From the NCBI RefSeq assembly GCF_009834535.1, contig NC_045699.1, positions 69,874,001 to 69,938,000 of the forward strand: a stretch of 64,000 bases of DNA. The letters run 5' to 3'. The position numbers and the translations under genes are program-made. The notes under the pieces are model-generated. The model saw nothing but the letters and a program-made list of their open reading frames with translations. It had not been told where the DNA came from and did no database searches. Within the stretch, counting starts at the first letter, position 1. Every line of letters begins with the position of its first letter. Shown here in pieces: positions 1-12,385 of this stretch. The stretch is from Camelus ferus. Its lineage: Eukaryota.

Positions 1-1699
1 CTGTCTTTTTCTTCTATTTCTTTTGACATCTCTCTTTGGGCTAAAGCTTACAGAGGCTTACTGATTTTGATAATAGAATTTATCATAAATTCTGCAAGTT
101 AAGAAGTGTTGGATGCAGTTCCACTGATCAGACTTGAAGCCACCTCATGGGCTATGCATATCCTCAGTGGTCTGAGCTAGTTCTGTCATCCTGGGAAGTG
201 AGAGAGAGAAGAGACGGTTGGTGTGGGTTCCAGGGCCCAGAGGTGGCCTTGGAGCTCCCGTTCCAGAGCGCCACCTTCACAGTTGCTGTTAACTCTTTTT
301 GCTTGCTGCTTTCATTCAGGCGGGCAGCCAAGGAATGTAGAGACAGGAGTTGGAGACTAATAGAGTCGTCTCTTCACCAAGCCTCTCCACATTTCAAGCC
401 CAGAGATTTTAGAGTTTAGATTTAGTTTGGTTCCAGGAACAGATGTGTCCATGGGCCCCTGAGGCCCAAGCCACAGTAGGTGGCACCTCATGGCAGAAGG
501 AGCATCATCTCTTTTTGTCCACATTCATTAGGCCCTTTTGGTTGCACACACAGAGACACAGTGCTCAACACAGAAAAGAGGAGGGTGAGAGGCAGCTGGG
601 GCTGTCCACCCTCTCCGCCTCTGCTGGAGCTCCTGCTCCTCCTCCCTGCTCCTCTCGCTTCTCCGTCCTCCCCACTCTTCTGTGCTGATCCCACAGTGGG
701 CACCTCTGTTGGCTTGGCACCGTGGCCCCCTTGCCTCAGACCTCAGGAGCAGCCAGCCCTTGAGGCCGGTGCCCTCTGGGAGTCAGGAGTGGCCATCTCA
801 GCTCAAAAAAGCTCTTCCCTGAGCAGGCCCTAGTGGCAGGACCACTGCTGCGGGACCCAGGCATGGGGCTCGGCAGCAAGAGGCTGGCCTGGCCGGCGCA
901 CTGGGCCTGGCGTGAGCGCCCCCTCAGCACTGCGCTCGGGGAGCCTGCATCTCCCGCTGGAGCAACATGACAGTGTAGACGGTGCTGCGGTGGAGCTGTG
1001 CATCTGGAGCTGCGGAAGGGTGGGTCGTTCGTTAGTCAGGGCAGAAGGAGCTGGGAAGGGGAGCAGGAGTGGGTGGGCCCGCATGCAGGCCACTCAGTGG
1101 CTTCGTGGGTGCAGAGATCCATAGACTCTGTCACGCTCACATTTTGTGAGACAAGGGGCTGTCTTCTCATGGACCCTCCTCAAGAGATGTCAGGGTGCAC
1201 TCTCTGGAAAGGGCAACTGTGCTCAGCGCCTCGTGCTCTTGGAGGCTGGTGTTCTTCCATTTTTGATCCACGTGTTGGTGAAGGGCCCAGTGGCACCTCC
1301 TTAGTGCCTGGCACCAACCAAGAGCCAGGCCCCTGCCTGGGAGCACACAGCGGGGGCAGAGCTGCATGCCATTGAGCCATCAGCATGGCCCTGGCCTGAA
1401 GAGACCAGGGAGGGCCTGGGTTTGCAGAAAACCAGGTCTGTTCTCTGTCTCTAATTTACAAAGAATCTCTGGGCCCAGACGGTTCCTCCAAACCCGTGGT
1501 TCTATCCCAGGACGCAGAATGAGCCACCGTGGCTGGTTAATATAAATGTCTACCATTGATTGGCTTTTTTCCCCAGAATATTAATTATGATACAGATACT
1601 GGTCTCCTAATCATGAGTAGTGAACATATATAACTTAAAAATTTGTGGAGGCGGTGACAAAAAGAGGATGACGCTGGTTACAGCTGTGATGACAGCTGA

Positions 1700-2023
<324 letters not shown>

Positions 2024-3624
2024 TGGAGCAGTTCGGAGGCGAGGCTGGCAGAGGACATGTTTAATTTATTCCTAGTCCTATCGGGGAGCGAGAGCAGTGG
2101 GCACCTCTCGACGGAGACAGCACAGCACGTGGCTGGGAGCAAAGGGCCACGGAAACCTAATTTTTCACTCTCTTTTATGGAAGCTGGATCTGTGGCTGGT
2201 TATAGGCAGCTCGAATTCTCCTGCAGGTGGGAGTGGTGGGGAGGGATGAAGAGAGGAGGAGGATAAAAGGAAGACTTGGGTTTTAATTTACATTTCTGTT
2301 TTTTTAAATTGGGAACTCTCAGTGTCGGTGACGGGGGAAGGCGGACAGCAGTGTGTCCACAGACACTCGGGCACAGGGGTGAGGCTTTAGGAAATGAGTG
2401 GTTGTCCGGAGAGGGGACAGGGACTTGCAGAGAAGGGGAAGGAGGGAGAGTACTGCGGCATCTTTTGGGGATGAAAACGAACAAGGTTAGGTTCTTTTAG
2501 AAAGCAGAGTCAAGACCCAGTGTAGTACGTAGCGTCCGCCCCAGGATTCCTGGCCCTGAACCCTGCCCCAGAGCTTTATCCCAGATTCTGAGAGTGACCG
2601 GAGGCAGCAGTCCTCGGAGGGCTGCAGTGTCACTGTCAGAGTCAGGGCCCCGGGACTCAACCTGGCCCAGCTGGTGGGAAATCGTTTTCTTGATTGAAGT
2701 GTGTTCTGCGTTGCCCAATGGAGGGACAGAAATGTTTTTAAGCTGAAAAAGCTTCTCCTGTAGGATTTCCCTGAACATCTGGCTCACCCGACTGCCCAGA
2801 ACAGCGCCGTCTCTAATGTCCCTCTCCTCTCGCAGCTGTGTCTGTTCTGTGTGATCAGGACACAGGGACGTGGGAAGGACGCTTCCTGAAGGAGCAGCTG
2901 AGACAGAAGGATAATGTTGAAGCAAACCCTCAAGTACAAGCAGGCTGTCATCGTTAAAAAGCGTTCCCTAGAAGCCAGTAGGCCTGCTGTCAGGAGTGAG
3001 GCCGACCTCGGCCCTGTGGTCCGGGGCTATGCGTGCAGAGGAAGTGAGTGTGCGGAGCGGGGTTGTACTCGCAGGGTGTGGGGATGGTGGGACCTTCACA
3101 GAAACTTGGTGGGCTTCCCTCCCAAACTTCCAGAGCTCGGAGAGGAGCACAGGTGGCTGTCTCGGGTGAGCAGCGTTACACCTCCTCGCTACGGCCTTGG
3201 GCTAGCAGGACAAGCCCAGAGAGCCCATGGTGCCTGAGGGCGTGGCAGTGCTTGCCAGTCATTTCCTCCTAAGGCTCTGGTTGCCCCGGCTGAAGATGGG
3301 GAAGCTTCCTAGTGCGGGGGGCCGGCCGGCTGGGTGGGGGTGGCTCCCAGCGCCCACGGGTGTCAGAAGCCTGAGCACTCCCAGCGGGGGCTCGCCTCCT
3401 GGGTGCTGGACAGTGACCATGTCTGGTGGTTTTCTTACTCTGGCTTGGAAGGGTCCGTCAGAAGCCACAGGGTTTAAGCGTGGCGCTCAGCGTCCCCGGT
3501 TTGGGAACCTGAGGAGTCCCTACTCAGAAAACAGTGTTTCCCTGTCCTGTGCTGTCGTCGCTTCCCGAATGACAGTGAGGAAGCAGGTGTCCTTTTCATG
3601 CACTTTGATGAGCCCTCTGCCCGC

Positions 3625-3690
3625 CCTGCCCCACGCGGAGGCCCGGTTCTGCCCCGCCCCGCCCCGCGCGGAGGCCCGGTTCTGCCCCGC
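3625..3690. repeat. 33-bp-period GC-rich tandem duplication
   Basis: cgcggaggcccggttctgccccgc occurs at 3634-3657 and again at 3667-3690. Confidence 0.9.
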
Positions 3691-4901
3691 GTCCTCTGAG
3701 GCCGTTGCTTCTCGCCTCCGCAGGTACTTTAGGGGAGGGTTTGTGTGTCTTCCTTTTTCCAGGAGCAAGGAAATAGGCCCTCAGTGTTCATCTAAGAGAC
3801 TTTTTTTTTTAAAGTTAACTTGGAGCTGTGTGACAGGAGAAGGAAGTTGCAGGGTGGATGGCAGTATTTTTCAGACTCTGTTTTCCTGTGTGTGGACACA
3901 ATCCCAGGCCTTCAAAATGTGTCTCAGGCTGTGGCCAAAACCCGCTTCAGCGCTCTCCTCGGAGGGACGCACTTGCTGTTTGCCTGTGAGCAGATGTTCT
4001 TGACTAGGCCACAGGCTCCTTGGCAAGAATCGGAGGTAGGAGGAAACCTCCCCCGAGAGGGGTCTCCGCGGAGGGGGCCTTGTTTCATGTGCCGGCAGCG
4101 GGGAAGGAGGCGAGTGAAGGAGTTGGGGGGACGAGGCAGAGCTCGTGGGGGCCGGCGCCAGGTGGTGCCCCCTGCCTCCTTCCCCGGCAGGTCCCTGAGC
4201 CCCAGCAGCCACAGGAGGGCGTGCCAGAGGCCTGGACTTCTTTGTGGGACGGGGCCTCCTTCAAGTCCCAGGCGGCCCTCTGGGCTCGCTCACAGGCGGC
4301 TGCAGTTTCACAGTCGCAGCCCGTCTGGAACAGGAAGGTGCGGAGGAGCTAATGTGGTGGTTAGAGATGAAGGCAGGCTGTCTGCCCATGTCCTGGGTTG
4401 TAACTGGCAGGAGATTTGAAGTCAGGCCAGTGATCAAGAGAAATCAAAACCCCAGCCCAAGACGGGAAAAGAGGTGGTAGCTCACATTTTTACGAAATGG
4501 TTTTGGCTCTCTGTCCTGTTCTATAAAAACCTGTTCTCTTTCTCTGTCGCTTAATAGCTGTGACCAGCATTCAGCTCTGCTCTTGAGTACAGATGACTGA
4601 TTGGGGTCCAGAGGCAAGTCGTTTCACCAGCCAGCAGCTCACTTCCTGCAGCCTGATTTTCAGTCCACTTGGGCTCTTTGTGATTCCGTGTTCCAGCGGT
4701 TAAGGCCTTTCAGTGTTTCAGGGACTGGGCAGAAAGGGTCGGCGCACATCATAGAGTGACTGGTGGTATTTATAGCTTCGCTTTGTGCTCCTGCTCCATT
4801 TCTGCCTACGCACAGTATCCGCGCTTCCTCTGAGAAATCTGCTGTGGCCTGGAGTGCGGCTGGCTGTGAGATTTTAGGAAGTAAAGGATTTATTTTCCTT
4901 T

Positions 4902-4907
4902 AATAAA
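4902..4907 (+). terminator. Candidate proximal polyadenylation signal (AATAAA) of GPR107
   Basis: ttattttcctttAATAAAgtgtcgtattttg: canonical hexamer in a U-rich context. Confidence 0.4.
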
Positions 4908-6876
4908 GTGTCGTATTTTGCTAGAAAATTACTTCTTGGACAACAAGGACAATCATTGATCTCTTATTTCTGGCTCTTAAGGGTAGCCAGAGACTCCGTC
5001 TGCCTGTGTCTCTGTCCCTCAGTGCTTTGCAGTTTCAGCAGCAGTGTGGTTTATGCTGCTGAGTGCGACTGGTGGATGGACGGCTCATTCTCTGGTAAAG
5101 AGGAGCTGTCTCTGGTGTAAAACAGATGGTTTCTTAGGTCATAGCCTGAGTCAGTTTTCTTTCAAGAAACCACTTTAGAGTAGAATTTCCAGCTTTTTAC
5201 CCTGGACATGTCCAGCCAGTGGAGGCAGCAACCAGTCTGTTCATCAGTCCACTTCACATGGCTGTCACGGCGAGGTGTCCACTCGCTCTGTGGTCTCATC
5301 AGGATCTCTGCTCCTTCCTGTTCCACAGCCTCCCCTCCCTCACCCCCCCGCTGCGGCCCACGCCCATCCATCCACGGAGTCAGTCTGGGAATACAGACTG
5401 AAGCCTTCGGTGCATTGCAGCATCTTCTCCCAGCAGCTGTGTGAAGGATGTATTTTCCAGGCTAAGGAAGATTTTTATCATGAGAGCACATACTGACGTC
5501 ATATGTTATTGCTTTGGACCGTGTATGATGTTCTGCCCCTGCACTGAAACCTTGTCTTGTTTTAGTACTTAAGAATCTGCCACAAGGAGCCGCTCCTTAC
5601 CGACCGAGGAGCAGTGTCAAGATGCCAGTTTTAATTGTGAGTGGTTCTGGCCATATCCCCATCCTGGAACGTTTCCTTCAAGGAAGGCTCTTAGGACGCA
5701 AGACTGTCTGATGACATTGTTGGCCCTGCTCCGTACGCCTGGTAGAAAGTGGTTGAAAGTTGGTGCCTTGTGCAACCGAGCAGCTGAATTTCAGAGGATG
5801 TAGGTCCTAGCCCACTCCTCACCGTGTCCCCACCCTCCACGCCTCACCCCTGGCTTCTCTGACCCACTCCGGCCTTTTAACAGATTCAGAATAAGCCAAG
5901 TTAGGATGCCTATGGCCTGCTGCTTTTTTTTGCCTTCAGAATCCAGCAAAGTAATGGCTTCCCCACTAAAGAAGTTAGACCTTGAATTGATACCTCTTAG
6001 TATTATCAAAAACTATACCAGACTTTCTAGAAGATTTGTCCTTTATGCCAGTTTTCTCTGGGCTGTTTTTGGCAGGAGATCTTAAAAGAGGTCCACCTGA
6101 GTTGACGTGGGTCTTGTCACCAGCACCTGGAGCTCAGTCATTGCTCGTCAAGCTGAACCCTCTCCGTCCCCCCATCCACTCTGCTTCTGTTGCCTGGCGG
6201 TGTGTCCGCTGTCTCTGCGGGGCTTGTGCGTGAAAGAGAGGATGTTTTTCCCTGACTCTGCTAGGATGTGGGACGTGCACATGCCTGAGAGGTGTGTAAC
6301 GAAAGCACACGGGGAGGGGGGACAGAGAGGTGCGGGAGCAAGGATTTGGTCGTGTTGCGCCAGGGACCTTTGAGATTCTAGCGGCAGGAGGCCTGCGCAC
6401 AGGCCGGTGGGAAGGAGGAGTTCTTGATAAAGTCAGTAAAGGCAAAGTGAGACAGAAAAGCCCACTCACTCCCAAGACAGCAGGCTGACTTCAAGGCGGG
6501 GGTTTGAGGTTTGGTGGTGAGCAACCAGTCGGGGCCAGACAGTCAAACTTCCCAGCATTTAAGGCACTCATCACAAAACGATCCAGAAACCCTGTCCACA
6601 CAAGGTTGACGCCGTAAGCAGCTTTTGCAGATCAAAAACTGGATTTGCCTAGTCAGTGACCTCGAACTCAAGACACACCTAATCCAGAAATAAGTTTCAT
6701 TTGGGGGGAGAAAATGTCTGTAAATATTTCCAGCTTATATTGGGATGCAGAAGAAGTTTTCAGTATTTTTCTTAACACTAATGACCATTGAAGAGTATTT
6801 ATGGAAACATAACGAGCGGGTGGGGGTTCCGATCGGGGTGCTATGGGGGACAGATTCTCTCGCTGTGATGCAAACA

Positions 6877-6887
6877 TGTAAAATAAA
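6877..6887 (+). terminator. Candidate distal polyadenylation signal of GPR107 (TGTA + AATAAA)
   Basis: CFIm-type TGTA at 6877-6880 directly before AATAAA at 6882-6887; downstream U/GU-rich element (tttttttctttgtggtttttgttc) at about 6970-6995. Confidence 0.6.
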
Positions 6888-7392
6888 GATTCTATGACGG
6901 AACGTATGTTTGTAACCTGAGGGAGTCACTGACTCCTGGCTGCTCTCTTTTCTCCACCTCCCTCTGATAATTTTTTTCTTTGTGGTTTTTGTTCATTAAA
7001 TTAGTTAACTGCCTCCCACTGGCTCCCGCTGACAACAGTGACACGTACTAGAGAAGTTCCCTGTATCTTGGCTCATCTGTGGCAGTCGCTATTGAAACTC
7101 AAACATGACTTTAACTCCAGAGGCTTTGTTTCAGAACAAACTGAAAATCAGTTGCAGTTTACGGTGTCCTACGTCCACTGGGGGCGGTGGCTGCCTTCTG
7201 GGTCAGGGGCTGGCCCATTTGAGGAGTGATGGTGGCGGAGACTGTGGGGTCAAGCCCGCGCCCCCTTGTGATGTGGGTTATCAGATAGCCCTGCTGGTCG
7301 TCCCACCATAGGATCAGAGAAATCTGAGATTTCAGACTTAGAGCATTTTTGGAAGTCATCCAAATCCTAAACCCCTTCATTTACTAAGAATG

Positions 7393-7690
7393 TTTCAAAC
7401 TGAGGTATAACTTACATACAGTAAAATGTACCCCTTTTCAACGTATAGTTGGACGGGTTTTGATGAGTGTGTGAACAGTTTTGTGGCTTCCACCATAATC
7501 GAGATGGAACATTTCCACCAGCCCCTGAAGTTCCCTGCACTCCTTCTCATTCAAAACCACCCCCTTTGCAAAGCTACCACCGCCACTGCTCTGAAGTCTA
7601 GGCCATAGGTTAGTTCATCTATCCTAGAACCTTATGGAGGGGAGTTCGGGGAGTCATACACTTGGGTGTATGGCTTCTTCCACCCAGGAG
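7393..7690 (-). mobile_element. Old L1 (L1M-type) 3' end fragment
   Basis: aactgaggtataacttacatacagtaaaatgtacccc...gaacatttccaccagccc... is the typical antisense L1M 3' UTR. Confidence 0.7.
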
Positions 7691-8254
7691 ACGGTTGTAA
7701 TGATTTTCCCATCCAAAGCCCTGGCTTTAAAGCTGCAAAAATTGCGGCCTAGAGAAGGCTGTGTCTCGCCCTCCACTTCCAGGTCACCTAGCCAATAAGT
7801 GTCAGAGCTGAGACGGGAACACAGGTCTCCTGGCTCCGACCTTGGTGCCGTGGAGTGGGGGCGGGTGATGAAGGCTAAGTCGGGGGCCTGGCCTGCTGCT
7901 CTGTTGGTTACTGCTGCTGTGTTTGTAGGAGCATTAGAATGACCCTCCGTTCACCGTATCTTAGAAGCTCAAAGAGTGGAAGGGACCTCAGAGTCCACGT
8001 CATTTGGCCTAGGTTATCCTGTTGGTGACCACGCCTCACCCACAGCTCGTTCCTGACTCTGCGGAAGCCTTGGGTGACCAAGGGCATCTGTGGAACAAAG
8101 CCTGGGGCGCAAGGACAGGGCACTCAAAGAGTGGAGCCCAGAAATCAGGCAAGACCCAAGGGTGAGAGGGGCTGAGCCTGCGCCAGAGGGGAGGGCTGAG
8201 GAAAGGCGTGGGGACCACCTAATCCAGTGCTGCTCACACCGGAGCAGGGAGGGC

Positions 8255-8364
8255 CCAGGGCTTCTGATTCAGCAGGTCTCCGCGGGGCCTGAGAAGCTGC
8301 ATTCTGATGAGCTCCCTGGTGATGCCGCCTCAGCTGGTCCCAGGTCACACCTGGAGAACCACTG
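8255..8364. mobile_element. MER5A-like hAT-Charlie MITE fragment
   Basis: ttctgattcagcaggtct...ggggcctgagaagctgcattct...ggtgatgcc...gagaaccactg resembles the MER5A consensus, including its terminal GAGAACCACTG. Confidence 0.7.
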
Positions 8365-9729
8365 GTGTGACCCAGCTCCCTTCTTGAGACTTGCCCTGGT
8401 CATTCAGGGGCACACGTATGAGTAGCAGTGGTAATCGGGTGAGGGGTACAGGCAGGGCAGGAGGGGCAGCCGCCTGGGCTGCCTGTCCCTGGGGGTGCAG
8501 GCTCAGTGTCAGGAAGGCCTGTGCCTGTGGCTTCAACCACAGCTCACTCGCCTTCTGGTTTCTCTGTCTAATGAGCCGGCAGAGCAAGCGAAGTCGGGAG
8601 CGGACGTCTGACCCAGATCTGCCTTGCTGAGAGCAGCCGGCTGCCCCGGTCCCTGTGAAGTCCTCCCCCGGAGCTGTGACCACCGCCTTTGGACGTCCTG
8701 CCCTTTACCGGGAATCTGTTGGGTCGGCACATTGATAGCTGCACCGTCCTTCAGGCTGCACAGTGGTGAGGCTGTAAGTGGGGTGAGGAAGTGCTGACTT
8801 ACTCCTGCAGACCCACGCCGTCGAGCTGCGTGCACCGGGGGCGCTTCTGAGCATCCCCCCAGCTGTAGCGCTGGCCTGGCCCCCCACGTGAGGAGGCGCT
8901 GGCTCAGCCGTTTGGGGACTGGACTTCAAGGGGTCCTGCCCCGTGCAGGAGCCGCGCCGCCCACTGCTCCTTCCCAGTTTGCCAGGGATGCTGATCTGCA
9001 TAAAACCGAGGCATCTGCTCGTGGAAACATCTGCAGAACCGAGCTTGGGGCTATGCATCAGCCGTTCAGTTTCTCATCTCATTCAGGGCCGGGCTCCAGT
9101 CCGCAAGCCTCGCTGAGGCTGCAGAGCACTCAACACACTAGTGTCTGCCGGGCCACAGTATAAATAGTGTGAGTCTGGCTCATGCCACATGGTGGGAGAG
9201 GAGGACTGGGGGTGCACGGGGGGAGGCTTGCCTCTGCTTCCTCCCCTCCTTCCTCCCACCCTTCCCATTTTAACTGGCCCCTTCCCAGCAGCACTACAGT
9301 GTGTTCAAGTTTTTCCCATTAAAAACAAAACCTCCCTTGGCTCAGCAGCAGCCCCCTGCCCCCCAGTTCATACCAAACTTCTCAAGTCTGCTCTTACCTT
9401 CCAGCACCCCCAGTTCACTGCAGTCTGGGTACCACTGGCGAAAGTCTCCTGCAACCTTTGGGGCTTGGTTATTACCTGCCGTGACTTGAGAAGCTTGTGA
9501 CACAGCAGGACCCTTCCCCTCTCCAGACACCCACCCTCGGCTCCCATCACCTTGCGCCTTCCACCGCCCTCCTCGAATTCCACACCAGCATGATTCAACT
9601 TGCGCTAATTTTCCTCCTCCCTCCCGCTGCTTGGCCCCTGTCGGCTTCCTTTGTCCATCCCTTGGTGTTGAGCTCCTCAGGCAGCGTCCCAGCTCTTTCC
9701 CTGCTCTCCGATACTCAGGACTTTATTTC

Positions 9730-10030
9730 CAGCCTACAGCTGTCCTGAGCTGCCTCCTGGACTGTTCTAATGGCACTGCAAAGCCACACTTTCAAAATGC
9801 AGTTTCCACACCCCCTCCCCAATCCTGGTAAATATGATCCAGGCCAAAAACGTGGGCTTTATCCTCGATACTTCCCTTTCCCCCACCCCATCCCAGGCCT
9901 GTGGCTCTCCCCACTGCCACTGGCCGGGCCAGTCCCCGCACCCCTCACCTGGATTACAGCGTCAGCAGCTGCCTTGCATCTTGCCCCTCTTGCAGCCTTT
10001 GCCATGCCTCAGCGAAGTGACCTTTTAAAA
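9730..10030 (+). mobile_element. L2 fragment
   Basis: caggccaaaaacgtgggctttatcctcgatacttccc...cacctggattacagc: diverged L2 3' region. Confidence 0.55.
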
Positions 10031-10054
10031 GTGCCTGCCTACTGTGTTTAGTAT

Positions 10055-11499
10055 AAAGACACAAAAGCAGGCGAGGAGGTTACAAGATCAATATACACAA
10101 ATCAGCTATTTCTATACACTTGTAGTGAACAATCCAAAAAGTGAAATTAAAACATTTCCATTTACAATGGCATCAAAAAGATTAAAATACTTAGGGATAA
10201 ATGTAACAAGTATAAAATTTATACTCTGAAAATGAAAACATGGAAAAAAATCCAAGACAATCTAAACAAATGGAAAGCCATCTCATATTCATGGATCCGA
10301 AGACAATATTGTTAAGATGACCATATTCCCCAAATTGATCTGTGAAGTCAGTGTATTCCCTACCCAAATCCCAGCTCACTTTGCAGAAATTCACAAGCTG
10401 ACCTTAAAATTCATACGCAAAATGCAAGGGGTCCAGAATAGCAGGAACAATCTTGAAAAAAGAACAGCTAATGGACTCACACATCTCAATTTGAAACTTA
10501 CTACAAAGCTGTAGTGATCATGAGAATGTGGTACTGGCATTAAGTATAAGTACAGAGCTCAGTGAAATAGTGAAGCCCTGAAACAAACCCATACTTTTAT
10601 GGTCAATTGATTTTTGGCAAGGGTGCCAAAACCATTCAACTCAATTGAGAATTTTTTTTTTCTCAACCAGTGCTGCTGGGACAACTGGACATCCACATGC
10701 AAAAAGTAAATTTGTAAATTAATATCCCTGCCTCACACTATATGCCAGAATTACCTCAAAATGGATCATACCCTTAAGATCTATAAAACTCTTAGAAGAA
10801 AACATAGGGGTAAATCTTTATGACCTTGTATTAGGCAGTGGTTTCTTAGATACGACACCAAAGCACAAGCAACAATGAAAAAGATAAACTGGAGTTGATC
10901 AAAATTGAAACATGTCTGCTTCAGAGGACATCAGCAGGATCAAGCGTAGAGTTACCACATAACCCAGCAGTCCCACTCGTAGGTGCACAGCCAAGAGGAA
11001 CGAAGACAGATGTCCACACAAAAACTTGGATACAAATATCCATCACAGCGTTGTTCCTGACAGCCAAAACTTGGAAATAACCCAAATGTCCATCATTGAT
11101 GAATAGGTAAATAAAAGTGGCCTAGTCGTGCAAAGGAGCATTATTCAGCAATAAAAAGGAATGGAGTACTGACACATGTTACAACACGGGTGAAACTTGG
11201 CAACATTCTGCTACAAGAAAAAGGACACAAAAGTCTGCCTGTTGTACGATTCCATTTATATAATATGTCCTGAATAGGTAAGTCTAGAGACAGATAGTCG
11301 ATTAGTGGTCCCCAGGGGCTGGGGGAGGGTGGTTGGGGGGGGGTGACTGCTGAAGAATATGGGTTTTTTATTTTGGAAGTGAGGAAAATGTTCTAAAATC
11401 CTGGTGATGGTTGTGCAATTCTGTGAATATACTGTGCACTCTAAATGGGTGAATTGTATGGTATGTGAATTATAGCTCACTAAAGCTGTTTTAAAAAAA
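10055..11499 (+). mobile_element. L1 (L1MB-like) remnant: degenerate ORF2 C-terminal part plus 3' UTR
   Basis: The ORF-track fragments 10317-10514 (MTIFPKLI...LKFIRK) and 10895-11080 (ELPHNPAVPLVG...ALFLTAKTWK) resemble L1 ORF2p segments. The element ends in gggtgaattgtatggtatgtgaattatagctcactaaagctgttttaaaaaaa; frameshifted. Confidence 0.88.
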
Positions 11500-11589
11500 G
11501 TAGTGATCCAAACTGAGAGGTATCTGTGGGAGCACAGGGCCTGTGCACCCAACCCTGGCTAGATCAAAGGCTTCGCGGATGGAGTACCA

Positions 11590-11880
11590 TTTTGTACAGG
11601 ATGAAACTAGCTCGATGAAGAGAGTGGTGGTGGAAAGGTGTTTAGGCAGGGGGAACAGCATGTGCTAAGGCCAGTGATGAGAGAGAGCCTGGCACATTTG
11701 GACAAAACCAGTAGAGCTGGAATCCTGGGTGGGAAGTTGGGAGCAAAGGGAGATGAGACTTGAAAAGTAGATGTGGGTTGCATCAGGAGGCCCTCTGCTA
11801 AGGAGGTTGGGCTCTACCATGAGAGCAGTGGGAAGGCACAGCAGGTTTTAACAGGGAGGTGATATAGTCAGACTGCACCT
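11590..11880 (-). mobile_element. L2 fragment
   Basis: aggcagggggaacagcatgtgctaaggcc...gggaaggcacagcaggttttaacagggaggtgatatagtcagact: typical antisense L2. Confidence 0.65.
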
Positions 11881-12069
11881 GATCAGCCAGGACACTGGTA
11901 ATTATAGCACAAAGGAGTGATGTGGGGGACATCTCCTGGCTGCCTCTCACACTTTTAACTCCTCTTTATCCCAGACTGGACCTCAGATTTCTCAGGCTTG
12001 TGGTCTGGGTGAGACTGACCCCATACTCCTAGCTCTAGGCTTAAATCTCAGTTGGTTTAAACAGATCAG

Positions 12070-12385
12070 CATATCCCTTGTCTCCCCACCCGACTACATT
12101 GATTGGGTGGCAGGGTGGTGGTGGGGAGGAATTGAGTCACTTCCAGCAGGATGTGAGCAAGTGGGACACTTTGCCTGCAGCCAGGTTGGAGCACCTTCCT
12201 GAGAATGGCCCTAACACTGAGGATGGCAGAGCCAGAAATGGAGAGAGGAAACCCAGATGCTCTGTGAGCCTGGATCAAGCCTTGCATGAAGGTAGATACT
12301 GCTGGACTTCTGAGTTACATGACTCAATAAATTTCCTTTATGCTTTAGCCAGTGTAGGTCAGGTTTTCTGTTACTATCAAGTGCT
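12070..12385 (+). mobile_element. MaLR LTR remnant (MLT1-like)
   Basis: ctggacttctgagttacatgactcaataaatttcctttatgctttagccagtgtaggtcaggttttctgttact matches the recalled MLT1 LTR 3' end. Confidence 0.65.

Larger units (their letters stand above)
2024..6910 (+). other. GPR107: GPR107 3' UTR (about 4.9 kb; distal end inferred)
   Basis: Follows the stop codon, is largely free of recognisable interspersed repeats, and ends near AATAAA 6882-6887, which has a downstream U/GU-rich tract. L1/MIR relics resume from about 7390. Confidence 0.6.

Noticed and set aside
3227-4419. 258-aa and 199-aa + strand ORFs
   Set aside because: They lie in the GPR107 3' UTR, resemble no family I recognise, and have composition typical of GC-rich noncoding DNA.
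10044-11080. L1 ORF2-like ORFs as active or domesticated genes
   Set aside because: Short, frameshifted and internally deleted remnants of an old L1.
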